Source: Malacoraja senta (lineage: Eukaryota). Taken from it: a DNA stretch of 64,000 bases. Below, piece by piece: positions 44,201-55,059 of the stretch. The position numbers were made by a program, and so were the translations under genes. How positions within the stretch are numbered: the first letter of the stretch is position 1; every line of letters starts with the position of its first letter. Under the pieces are notes generated by a model that was given only the letters and a program-made list of their open reading frames with translations, searched no databases and was not told the DNA's origin. The stretch is from assembly GCA_038087875.1 (NCBI GenBank), contig CM075979.1, forward strand, positions 21,762,001 to 21,826,000, read 5' to 3'.

Positions 44201-45927
44201 ATACAGCGCAGAAACAGCCCACGGAGTCCAGCCGACCAGCGATCACCTCGTACACTAACATTATCATACACACTAGGGACAAATTACAATTTTTACCAAA
44301 GCCAAGTAACCTACAAATCTGTACGTCTTTAGAGTGTGGGTGGAAATCGGAGCACCCGGAGAAAACCCATGCAGTCATGGGGAGAACGAGCAAACTCCGT
44401 ATAGACAGCACCCATAGTCAGGATCAGACCCAGGTCTCTGGCACTGTAAGGCAGCACTGCTACCAGGTGTCCAGAAGAGGCTTACCAGAATGATGCCTGG
44501 ATTAGTGGGTAGTAGCTGTCAAGAGAGGTTGGGTAAACCTAGTGTTTTCTCTGGAACCGTAAATTGCAGGGAGACCTGTTAGAAGTACCGGTATATAAAA
44601 TTATGAGAGGCAAAGATAAGTTAGACAGTTAAAGACGAGCATATATAGCTTTAAAGTGAGAGGGGCAAAGTGTAATGTGTGAGGCAAGGTTTTTTACACA
44701 GTAAGTAGAGGGTGCCTTGAATATGTTGCCTGGGGTGGTGGTGGAGGCAGATATGTTAGTGGCGTTTCAGAGAATATTCGATAGACACATGGATATCCAG
44801 GGAATGGAGCGATATGGATCACATGCAGGCAGAGGAAATTATGTTAATTTTGCATAATGTTCAGCACAAACATTGTAGGTCCAACGGCTTGTCCCTATGC
44901 TGTACTGTTCTATGGTCTAATCAAAGGTGGGGCCCGACACTTCTTTGGGGTGTGGGAGAAAACGGGAACACCTGGAGGAAATCCACAGTCTCATGGATAA
45001 TGTGCAAACTCCACACACAGACAGCACCTGAGATCAGGATCAAACGTGGGTTTCTGGTGCTGAGGCAACAGCTCTGTGTTTGGTAGTGGGTAGTTAGTTT
45101 GAATTTGGGCGATATTATTGGCACCAACTATAGAAATAGGGTATCTCTGCAAAAAGGGTGGCACCACGGGGGTGAAAAGCCAGAAGAGTGGTGGGGGCAG
45201 GACAAAGCCTGGCATGTGATAGATGGATATAGGTGAGGTAGGTTTTTGATTGTCAGATGGTTGGACAAAGGCCAGAAATGCAACAAAAAAAAAGTTTCAA
45301 AAGAGGATAGAAGAGGCATGAAATTTGAAGCCAGAGGAAGTAGTGTGGGTGGATGAGGGCAAAGGGAATGGGAAAGGAAGAATCAGGTGTGCATCCAGGT
45401 GGGGCACAGGGTAGAGAGGGTTAAAAAAAAGGCGAGGGCAGTAAAAAGGGCTAGGGGTGTTTGTAAGGTTAATTACCAAAAATTGAAGCCTCCACTGTTC
45501 ATACCAGTGGGTTGTAAGCTAACAAAGCGGAATAACATAATTTTGTTTGCCCAGGTCACTTTGGAACATAAAGTAAGCATTAATTTAACTTGTATTTGAT
45601 ATTTGTGATTTCAATTTTTCCACAGCTGTGGCTCCTAAAGTATCAAGTTCTATCAGCAATAATCGGTTCAAAATAGGTGGAAAATATACCCTTACTTGCA
45701 GGATTGAACATTTTTGCCCAATGGATATAGAAGTTGTTTGGTGGAAGGGATGGAAAGATTGCACGGATGATCAAATTATGGGAAAGCCCAAAATGGACAA
45801 AGGACTGTACTCTACAATCACAGAGCTGCCAATTCTCATGGAAGAAAATTCGGTAAATTATGTTTGTGAAGTTCGACATGTAAAAACCAATGAAATTGTT
45901 GAGAAGCCATTCAAACTGCAGGTTTAA
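26210..45927 (+). CDS. NCR3LG1: B7-H6 / NCR3LG1-like gene, 10 exons, 962 aa: SP-IgV-IgC1-TM-6xIgC1
   Basis: Exons 26210-26276, 26797-27147, 29162-29488, 31396-31512, 34682-35095, 37011-37373, 37799-38107, 39441-39767, 43182-43493, 45626-45927 are all joined by phase-1 GT-AG introns into one 2889-nt ORF. The V domain GEYRCEVVIPP...TVKLEVL and C1 PPIKNPDGTCNVTT match human B7-H6 motifs (GEYRCEVVVTP...TVQLEVV; PTIKNMDGTFNVTS). The gene is tail-to-tail with KCNJ11, as human NCR3LG1 is. Confidence 0.85.
26797..27147 (+). CDS. NCR3LG1: B7-H6-like exon 2: IgV domain
   Basis: ttacag|GA CAG TTG...GTT TTA G|gtaagg; B-strand Cys, C-strand Trp, GNMSLYL, GEYRC. Confidence 0.93.
28401..29097 (-). mobile_element. 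Young Penelope-like element: GIY-YIG endonuclease fragment between inverted pseudo-LTRs, 19-bp TSD
   Basis: ORF 28603-28929 (LIYCIRCSRCQLIYIGETKRRLGDRFAEH). Near-identical ~130-bp inverted repeats. Direct repeat CAACAGTATGTTTTCTATG at 28382-28400 and 29098-29116. Confidence 0.92.
29162..29488 (+). CDS. NCR3LG1: B7-H6-like exon 3: extracellular IgC1 domain
   Basis: tttatag|CA CAA CCC...TTG AAA G|gtcagt; C-x-LNGYYP, W, FECRVTH. Confidence 0.92.
31396..31512 (+). CDS. NCR3LG1: B7-H6-like exon 4: stalk plus transmembrane helix
   Basis: ttacag|AA GCA GAA...TAT AAA G|gtaatg; EAEIHLSKSS-IIGSIIGSVLFSVMLLTAGIYLYMLYIY-K. No stop codon in the exon. Confidence 0.85.
32949..33975 (+). mobile_element. 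CR1 3' fragment with frameshifts (same family as 4481-6201)
   Basis: ORF pieces 33090-33383, 33406-33618 and 33608-33886 match the CR1 ORF2 C-terminus; (CTATTGT)n tail. Confidence 0.92.
34682..35095 (+). CDS. NCR3LG1: B7-H6-like exon 5: post-TM IgC1 domain 1 (with ~35-aa insertion)
   Basis: ttctcag|TT CCA CCC...GAT GGA A|gtaagc; EITCHVSGFRP, W, DDGTQSFSSTL, IICRVSY. Confidence 0.85.
37011..37373 (+). CDS. NCR3LG1: B7-H6-like exon 6: post-TM IgC1 domain 2
   Basis: ctccttag|TT GCT CCT...GTG AAA G|gtaact; LTCPISFFMP, W, YLCEVNH. Confidence 0.87.
37799..38107 (+). CDS. NCR3LG1: B7-H6-like exon 7: post-TM IgC1 domain 3
   Basis: atttgcag|CA TTT CCT...AAT TTG G|gtatgc; LSCKVHSFYPKEISVQW, YQCLVTHESL. 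Confidence 0.9.
38635..38820. mobile_element. Two Penelope pseudo-LTR halves fused head-to-head
   Basis: GTGACGTTTCGGGTTCG...CGACCCGGAACGTCAC palindrome with flanking inverted similarity (gagttat / ataactt). Confidence 0.7.
39441..39767 (+). CDS. NCR3LG1: B7-H6-like exon 8: post-TM IgC1 domain 4 (no F-strand Cys)
   Basis: tttcttag|TA TCT TCT...CTT AAA G|gtgagt; LSCEIMDFYPANIQIDW; YKVEVYH where YxCxVxH is expected. Confidence 0.88.
41377..42283 (-). mobile_element. Non-autonomous Helitron
   Basis: The minus strand starts A|TCTATATTACTAAA and ends with hairpin GGGAC-CCAACGT-GTCCC then TTAGT-CTAG|T (A^T target, no TSD). Confidence 0.85.
41615..41930. repeat. ~62-65-bp tandem repeat (about 4.5 units) inside the Helitron
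   Basis: GGCAAACAATTGGGCTGCAGCCACCTGACAACCAAAATTCATTTTGTGAACACAAA(C)TTT(A)n repeated head-to-tail. Confidence 0.92.
43182..43493 (+). CDS. NCR3LG1: B7-H6-like exon 9: post-TM Ig domain 5 (divergent; no B-strand Cys)
   Basis: caatatag|GC TCA CCA...CTA AAA G|gtgagt; LSMSYSIRG where LxCxVxG is expected, FEWY, IFLCK. Confidence 0.8.
43890..44139. mobile_element. PIF/Harbinger-type MITE, intact
   Basis: TIR AGGGCCTGTCCCACTTGGGC at both ends; TTA target-site duplication (43887-43889 and 44140-44142). Confidence 0.88.
45626..45927 (+). CDS. NCR3LG1: B7-H6-like exon 10: post-TM IgC1 domain 6 and stop
   Basis: ttccacag|CT GTG GCT...CAG GTT TAA; LTCRIEHFCPMDIEVVW, YVCEVRH. Confidence 0.88.
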
Positions 45928-46659
45928 ATTTGCCTTATAACTTTACTCACACCAGCCTGTGCAAAATTATTCCAACAAATAATGAGTGGCATTACAGGGC
46001 TCTGAGAATTTATATTGAAATCTGCATGGAAGTATTTTAAGTTTAAAATCACAATATAGGAGTTGACCTTTGTGGGCTTTATACCATTTACAAATTTCCT
46101 CCGTTGTAAAGTTACCACAAGTAACAGATGCATATTACTTAATTTACACAAAGTGACATTACTTACTGTAATAGTTTTCAGGGAGAACTTGCTATTGCCC
46201 ATATTCTGAGGAAAATTAACCCATTTCTGAGGAAAATTAACCCATTTCCATTTAAAATGATGAAATTTGTCGCTTTGTAGGCCTGTCTCAATGGCAATTG
46301 AAAGTCTACCTGAATGTTGTGTCATAGATCTGTATAGCATGGAAACAGGTCATTCAGCCCACCTTGACCAAGTTGGCATATTGGGTTAGTCCAAATTGCC
46401 TGCATTTGGCCCAAAGCCCTCTAAATAACACCTGCTATCCATATATTCATCCACATTTTTTTTAAATCGGACAGTACCCTTGCATATGGAAGGACAATTC
46501 AGAAACTTGATAACAGAGGGGAAGATGTTGTTCCTGAGTCTGATGGAGCACATTTTCAAGCTTCTGTACCTTCTGCCTGACGGGAACAGGGAGAAGAAAG
46601 ATTGAGCGGGGTGGGACAAATCCTTGATGATGTTATAGAAAATCTAGGAAGACCATTAA

Positions 46660-47110
46660 GGGGCTGTCCCACTTGGGCGACCTAATTGGCGAGTTTAGGA
46701 GAGTTTGAAAAAATGTCATGTTGAAGACCTTCGACTATGTTGAAGACTAGCTTCGACTAACTTCGGGGAAAATTGGACACCGAATAGTGGAGAGTGAAGA
46801 CGACCTCCTTCGACTTCCCTTCGACCTCCCTTCGACTATGATGAAGAATATCTACGACTACCTTTGATTACCTTTGACTACCCTCGATTACCTACGACTA
46901 ACATGCCGACCTACTACGACTAAACCTACGAGTAAATAAAATATAGATTTTTTCCATGGCGACCTTTTTTTACTTGCGGGCATTTTTCAACATGTTGAAA
47001 AATACCCCGCAACCTAGCTGAGGCCTAGAGTATACGGGGACTACTCTCGAGCATGAAGGAGAGTTACAAGGACCTCCTAGGACCTCGTGTCGACCATACT
47101 GCGAGAATGA
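46660..47110. mobile_element. Truncated Harbinger-type MITE with (TTCGACTA)-like internal repeats
   Basis: Left end TA-AGGGGCTGTCCCACTTGGGC matches the TIR of 43890-44139; the right TIR was not found. Confidence 0.6.
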
Positions 47111-48932
47111 GTCGACACGAGGGGGGTTGGTGAACACATGGCAAGGATGGGGGTTGGTGCCGGAGGAAGGCAGGTGAGTGGACGGAGGCCGATGCGATGT
47201 CTGGTAGGGGGGTGGTGGGTGGTCAGGGAGGAGGGGGATATGAGAACTATAATGTGGGTGGGGAAGAGCTGGGGTCACATGGTTTGAGGGGGAAGGGGAA
47301 GACCCAGTGGAACAATGGAAGACCATTACTTCCCTTGGCTCCACAAAGACAACTTAGTTACGTTGGGAACATGGAGAGCATGTTACGCATTTATACGGAA
47401 CATGTCTTATGCTAACATATCATCAGGGAGAAAGCTGGGAGCATCATTACCGCTTTAATTGATTAAAACAAACAGTACAGAGACATGAGGCCTGACCGAC
47501 CATTGGCTGCAATTTGTATCTCCTGACCCACCAAATTTAAAAGACGTTTATGAACAATTGTTCACTGACACTGCCGGTCATTGGACTAGGTGGACCAATG
47601 TTCACCTGGTTTATAAATCTTCTATTCCTTTTTTTAATCATTTGACAAGCTTAGCATCTCTTACCCATCCCTAATTGCCCTTAAATTAATAGCTGTGATT
47701 TCAGGGGACACTTAAAAATTAACCACAATGGAAGGTCTAGAGTTACATCTCGCCCACACCAAGTACGCAAGGCAGAATACCTCCCCTGTTGATTTTGATC
47801 ATGTTTGTTAAAACAGTACGCTAATATGATTTGTTTGCGAGCCATAGGTGGGAAACACTGATTTCATGCACTTAAACTTTATTGCCAATCTTGTACCTTT
47901 ATTAATTTATCCTTCTGCATATACTTCAGTTATTGAACCAGGTGTGTCCATATAAATCAAATGTGGCCATATTGCTTACAATTATAATTTTTTGATGTTT
48001 AAATTGTTTTTTAAATGTTAGTAGTTATTCCAGACGTGAAGGAACAAATTCAACAATATATACAATAATATGATATGCAAAGTATGTTCACTATTTGCTG
48101 ACAGGACAGATCTGATGAACTGAAATGGGAATTGAAGTAATCTGTTTTAAACTAAACTTCTACAGCTTGATGCATTAATGGTTGACAAACCTTTTGTAAT
48201 ACAGTTGTTCTGCTATAATGTGCATTTCCATTATCACAGATTAAATATAACGCAATTAATGAAGTTGGGGACATTACTTGCATTGTGTGGGCTGAATTGG
48301 TTATAATGCGATTTCAATGGGCAACTTGGGAATCACTTTAAAGTTACTTTTGAAATTGACGGGCATTTGGACTTTGCCTTGGATTTAAACGGAGAGGGGA
48401 CAGAAAGCCTGTTTCGATGTAATTTCCTTGCAATAATCAACCATTGTCTCCTAAGAATACAGCGGATACTTTGCCAGTGGAAGTCAATTGAAATTGACAA
48501 GCAATAATTTCCATTGACACTTGTACAACCATACTCTATAAACATTGTGACATAAATACTTTGCAGTAACAAACAAAAACCTGCTGCTAATGAAAATCCT
48601 GCAGGAAAATTAACTTTGATAATGCGAGTCTGAAACTCTCTTGCCCCTGTGATGGATATTCACTTTCCAAGCCAAAGGCTTGTTCACTTCATAGGCCCAA
48701 ATGCTTTTTGCTAAACTTAGCTTTTTAGCACAGCAATTATCCAAGGTTCAAGATGTTTGTTGTTTGCTAAGTTAAAGATGTAATCAGTACAGTTTGCTCA
48801 CCTTGGTGCAATCAAAGAAACAATGGGTCCAAGGATGGCCTAACAAACACTTCATCCACCTAATCAAGATATTTGAAGGATATTGCATGATTGCAGGAAA
48901 CAGTATGTTAGAAGAAAGCCAGGGTTGGTAGG

Positions 48933-50169
48933 CATGGGCGGGAATCGGGGGGGGGGGGGACAGGAGGGATGCGCCCCCCCGTGTTTTCAGAGGTGGGGGG
49001 CATTCCCCCCCCCCCATGTTTTCTGAAACATGTATGTTGCAATGAGTTCCCATCCGACCGCGCGCTGCGGCGTCCAGGCCGCATGCATGGTCAGCTGGCT
49101 CAGACTCTGAAAAGAATTAGACTGAAAATAAAAGACTCTGAAAATGTCATCCATTGTTAATGATAAATGCTCATCCATTCCATATTCATAACAAGCTTTG
49201 TAAAGTATTGTGTTGGGTTTAATGAGTAGTGTACTGCAGAACGATTCGAGTCGTTTATCACATAATTCCACTGACTGAGACGAAAATGATGTGTTAACTG
49301 TCACTGTTAATTGCTACATCGATATGCATTCCTTAATCCTTAGTAAGTATAATTGTGTGAACTGACCTTGCTTCAAGTATGATGCATTCCTTTGAATAAA
49401 ATGAACGGGAGAAGTTATTAAAACTGTCTGATGCGGGTACAACGATTCGAGTTGTACACCTGTAGATTGAATTGAATTTCCTTTATTATTCAATAAAGGA
49501 ACAAAAGCAACAAAACACACAATTAACACTATTTAACACAAACATCCATCACAGTGAATCTCCTCCAGACACATCCTCACTGTGATGGAAGGCAAATGGT
49601 CTTATCTCTTCCCTGCTTCTTCTCCCGCAGTCAGGCAGTCAAACTGTTGCATCAAGGTGATTGAGGCTCTCGATGTTGAAGTCCCCGCCGGGCGATGGTA
49701 GATGTTACCTCTCCCTTCATATTACAGAGACCAAATGCTTTCTTCAGGTTATAAAGCAATTTTATTCACTAATTGACACCCTCTTTTTACAGCTGGCAAC
49801 TGGGGGAAAATATTGTTTAATACATCCAAGAATACAAAGTTTTAGGTTGCATATAATGCAGATCATTTATATATTGCTTGGTTTTAATAGCTTGGTTTCC
49901 ATACTACAGCTTGAAAGTGTCCTGTCCTATATTATGTTGTCCAGTGTATTTTAAATCTGTGGTACAGATCTGCACTAGTTAACTCATTCTAAAGGCCCCA
50001 TAGTAGAAGCGTCCACGTCTCGGGGCTGGAAACTGGAAGAATCCTGAGCTAATTACTGTCCACATGGCCCACGGCTGAAGCCTCCGAAGCCTCGTGTGCG
50101 TGTACGCGTCCGCCAAGAAAGTGTCCCCATCCCGCCCCCCCCATGTTTTGATAGCGATTTCTGCCCCTG
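48933..50169 (-). mobile_element. Degraded hAT-like DNA transposon
   Basis: Imperfect 15-bp TIRs CATGGGCGGGAATCG / CAGGGGCAGAAATCG, G/C-run subterminal repeats, flanking GTAGG direct repeat. A decayed ORF at 48987-49304 resembles a hAT C-terminal region only loosely. Confidence 0.55.
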
Positions 50170-53100
50170 GTAGGAGTTACCGTAATTAAAATGGAATAGG
50201 AGTGAGGGAGGAAGACATAGAATCCATTCCTCAGCTTCGTTAAAAGATGGGCTCTCTCCCCATAGCCGTCTTTCTACGACGGACGACTTGTTCGTCTGCA
50301 ACTCATTGGTATGTTATCGTAAATTGTAAGAATTGTACTCGTTTTTTGGAAATCCTTTATAAACTATGATCTCGGTTATTCCTCAGAATTAAATGTGTCT
50401 CATTTATAGTGCCCTATAGTGAGAGTGCTTGTAGATACTAATAACAGAAAAGACTTAAAGTCTTGACTTAGGTTTAGGGCTCTCGGGCGGTTAAACTCAA
50501 TATCATCACACCCCGAACCTCCATTGACATAATTGTCTTTATAACATCATTTTTATAACACCATCTTCACCATTTGTTATGGCAATGTTAAAGAATTTGA
50601 AATTAGGAATTGGGTATTGATTGCAATTTGGGGGGGAAACAAAATCAGTTTTTCTCCTATAAGGGAGCAAATGGAATCAATGTGGCTAAATATCTACCAA
50701 CAAATAGTTTCAGTTTATTTTAAAAGTGGATTGTCCATTGAAACAAATAGATAAAGGGTTCACAAAAGCCCCAAATAAAAAGGCAGAGCTGGTAGAGTTG
50801 CTGCCTCACAGCACCAAAGGCCGGGGATGTTGTCTGCATGGAGTTTGCAGTTTTGGCCATGACCATGTGGATTTCCTCCAGGTGCTCCGCTTTCCTCCCA
50901 CATCTCACAAACATGCACATTTGTAGATTAATTGGCCTCTGTAAATTGCCTAGCGTGTAGGGAATGGATGAGAAAGTGAGATAACATAGAACTAGAGCGA
51001 ACAGCTGATTGGTGTCGGCTTGGATGTGGTGGGCCGAAGGGCCTACTACGATGTATATCATTTAAAAAAACGTGTTGATATACTTTTTGAGGCAATGAAT
51101 ATGTGAGGAATGTAGAAAGCATTGTGCTAACTCCTTTCTTCCACTCTTACCTCAGAATTTATTTGCTGTTAACACTGGAACAACGTTGAAAGAAAATAAG
51201 CCTGGAATCAATATAGTCTTTAGATCCTTGCAGTAAAAAATCCTTGCAGTAAAAAATAATGAATTCATAGTTCATAGGAGTAGAATTAGGCCATTTGGCT
51301 CATTGAGTCTCCTCCGCAATTTGACCATGGCTGATCTATCTTTCCTTCTCAACCCCATTCTCCTGCTTTCTCCCCATAACCTTTCGCACCCTAATCAAGA
51401 ATCTGTCAATCTCCACTTTCAAAATACCCAATGACAAATGACAGCTATGGAAGCGGATACAATTAAGGGAAAGGGAAATTATATGGTTCAAGCAGAATTT
51501 TAAAACATCTGCACAATGGATCATAGAGATTTGGGATCCTTGCTGAAAAATATAATGGGGCTGAAACAAACCTATAACTGTATTCTGATTTAGTTTTAAA
51601 AGATCTAGTGTACCATGTTTCAAGCTGTTTGACAATCTCTTTCCAATTCTATCAAACTGAAACATAAATTACTGGAGGAACTCAGCGATCCAGAGAGCAT
51701 CCATGGAGGGAATGGACAGGTGATGTTTCAGTTCGGGACCCTTCTTCAGAGTCCTGAAACATTGTCTATCCATTCCCTCCACAGATGCTGCCTGACCCAA
51801 TGAGTACCTCATGCACTTTGTGTTTTCGTCAAGATTCCAGCACCCGCAGTTCCTTGTGCCTCTACCATCAAACTAGCAGGGTACATATTTAAAGAAAATA
51901 TCTATTTTCCTCAAACTATCTTAATGGGCCACGAATACGAAAAACTAGTATTAAAAATGAAAATGTGGCTTTTGAGATTATCCTTATTTTATGATTGATT
52001 GCAATAAATGTAGAACTCCACTATGGATGAATTAGTATTTATACCAAGCTGCTAAACTGGATTACTCTGTCTTCTGTCCTTTGCTCACTGATATTATTGA
52101 TATATCAACCCCTTCACATTAATTTAGAACTGCAGACTCTTTGAGCAATGATAGCTAAAAAAAGACTGCTACTGTCTGTAAATTATGAGATGTAACAAAA
52201 TATTTTGATTTAAATTTTGAAATACAAGCATGTTCATACGATTTAAAATTTGAATTTGTTTTACTTCTTTAAAACTTTATTTTACTTTTGTTTTACTTAA
52301 TTTTTTTATTTTACTTGATTTACTAAAATGTCACATTCCTGGATTTTGTTAAGTGAAAATTCATAAATTGAGAAGCTATTTTTCATTAGATTGCATTATT
52401 TTAACATTTTGCTTGGAAACAGCCCTTCAGCCCACCTTGCCTATGCTGATAAAGTTGGAGTACTGGTCTATTACTATTTGGCCCATAGCCCTCTAAACTC
52501 CTTCTATCCATGTATCTGTCAAAACATATTTTCTCTGGCAGCTCACTCCAGATGTGGATCACCCTGAGTGAAACGTTTGCCTGAGGTTCGTCTTCAATTT
52601 CACCCCTCTCAACTTAAGAGAATTTCCTTCAGTTTTAGAATCCACTACCTTGGGGAAAAGACTGAGAACATTCATTATATTCATGCCCCTCGTGATCTTG
52701 TACATCCTTAGCCTCCCATTCTCCAAAGAAAAAGGTCCCAGCCTATCCAACCTCTCTCTATAACTCAAGCCTGCATGCCCAGGTAACATCCTGGTGAATC
52801 TTTTAAGCACCCTTTCCAACTTAATGAAGTTCGTCTTGCAACTGGATGATCAGAACTGCACACAGTCCTTCAAATGATGTCCTCAGAATTTCAGTAAAAA
52901 AACTTGAACCGTTAAAATATATTAGAAGTATCTGAAATAATAAAACACTTTAATAATCAAATCGCAAGATAATAAAAATAATTAAAAACATACTCTTTAC
53001 CAAATGCAATGCACAGGTTCTTGAGAAATCCTGATTTTTTAAAAGTTTGGGTTTATTATTGTCATCTGTACAGAGGTACCGTTGTCAAGCTTCTGTATCT

Positions 53101-54282
53101 TCTGCCGGACAGGAGCAGGGAGAAGGAAGAATGACCAGGGTGGGACGTCTTTGATTATTTTGGCTGCTTTTCTAAGGCAATAAGAAGTGTAGATGGAGTC
53201 AAAGAAGTGGGGGGAATCAAATGCAGGTCACCACCTCAAAATAAGAGCTTGACCATTTAAAACCAGATGAAGTAGGCTATTGCTATATTTTACCGTTTCC
53301 AGAATTTCCCGAGTACTGATTGCAGTCCATTTTGAAATGACATGTTTTATAATGTGTTGCTGGAGCAAGTTTGAATGTAGAATCAGTATCTGGGTCCAAT
53401 CAATCAATAGTATCAATCAAATGGTGTAAGAGAGAAGAAATGGTATCTAGATGTTGTCACCCATACCCTAGATATTAATTATAGGGATTATAGTCAAACA
53501 TATTGACAAATTGGCAAGATTCAGATTTTTCTTCAAAGAATATTGCTCAATGCAAGAGGACAGACTTTACCTGATGTGATCATAGAACAGCGTTGTTGTC
53601 AATCTGTCTCCTTTGCCACACTGAGAAAATTGGCCTTTGAAAATCACTATACAGCCCTTGCGGGCTTCTGAGTGGCGGATTAAGAGAGGCTCAAACTTTT
53701 CACCCTTCAGGATATGGCAGTCTTTGACTGATTTCTACCTTGGAGATATATTCTCATGAGAAACTTGTCTTCCATAAGAGCCCCAAATTGTTAAATAGTT
53801 TCTTAGGAGAATAATCAGTTTTCTTTCAGCCCCAAAGGAAAATGTACTGCATCGCAGTACCTGTGCTTGTTGCCTCTATTACAAAACAAACATTGCAGAT
53901 TTCTCATCTTTTGAGGGCTCTTGCTTGCACCATTGAACAGTGTGGCTCAATGCTCATTTATTCTCTGGGTAAGAAAGAACTGCAGATGCTGGTTTAAATT
54001 GAAGGTAGACACAAAAATGCTGGAGTCTGAAGAAGGGTCTCGACCCGAAACATCACCCATTCCTTCTCTCCAGAGATGCTGCCTGTCCCACTGAGTTACT
54101 CCAGCATTTTATGTATACGCTCATTTATTCTCCCTGCTTCTGTTATTAAACATGAGCATGCTCAGCCACAATATTTGAATCATTGGGTAGGATGATTCAC
54201 AGTGAGTTAATTAAGGTGCCATATATGAATTTAAAAGTTTGAATTTTGAAAGAACACACAATTTAGAAGTTTGGGGTATTTA

Positions 54283-55059
54283 ATGGCCCTGTCCCACGGG
54301 CAGGCGGTTACTGGCGGTGAAGCGCGGCGTCGCCGGAAGAGGGGACCGCACGGCTACCGCGAGAACGCCACGCGTATGCCGCGGGAGCGCCGCACGGATG
54401 CCGCGCGGGGGCCGAATGATCTCCGTACGGCCGGTCCCACGAGCTTGTGGTAAGTAAAAAAAAATTAAACCTTACCGGAAGCTGTTGCCGCGCGTATGCC
54501 GGGTGACCACCGCACGGCTTATCCCACAAGCATGCGATCGCGAACTTTTACCGGAAGCGGGGGGGGGGTGCGCGGACGTCCATTTTGAGCGGAGTCTAGA
54601 AGCTCGAGCCTGACGCCATTTTTTTGCAGGTAATCAAAGTCGCTGCATGCAAGTATAAGCAAATAACAACGCGTCTCAATTTACTTTGCTGCCCCGGGTG
54701 ATGACGACATCCCGCAACGCGACGCGCTACGCGATGTCATTTCGGATCGCGGGGCTGTGGTGGTGCTAGTGGTGATTGCGGCGCTGTGGCGGCGGCTGTG
54801 GCGATGCTCGTGCTGCACTGGCGGCGGCTGTGGCGGTGCTCGTGCCGCACTGGCGGCGGCTGTGGCGGTGCTCGTGCCGCACTGGCGGCGGCTGTGTGGT
54901 AGGACAACATTTTTGAACGTTGTCGATTTTTTTGTGAGCACCAACACCGCACGGTCCCGGCGGTGTGCGTGGGACCGACCCCGCAGTCTCTGGCGGTCCA
55001 CGAGCAGTCCCAACTTCCTGCTTCACCACCAGTAACCGCATACCCGTGAGACAGGCCTT
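54283..55059. mobile_element. GC-rich Harbinger-type MITE with internal ~32-bp tandem repeat
   Basis: Ends TGGCCCTGTCCCACGGG / CCCGTGAGACAGGCCT in TTA/TAA context; GCGGCGGCTGTGGCGGTGCTCGTGCCGCACTG repeated about 3.5 times at 54790-54897. Confidence 0.65.

Noticed and set aside
53569-53735. Possible minus-strand exon (donor ATCAG|gtaaag, about 55 open codons)
   Set aside because: No polypyrimidine acceptor, no recognisable protein, no neighbouring exons.
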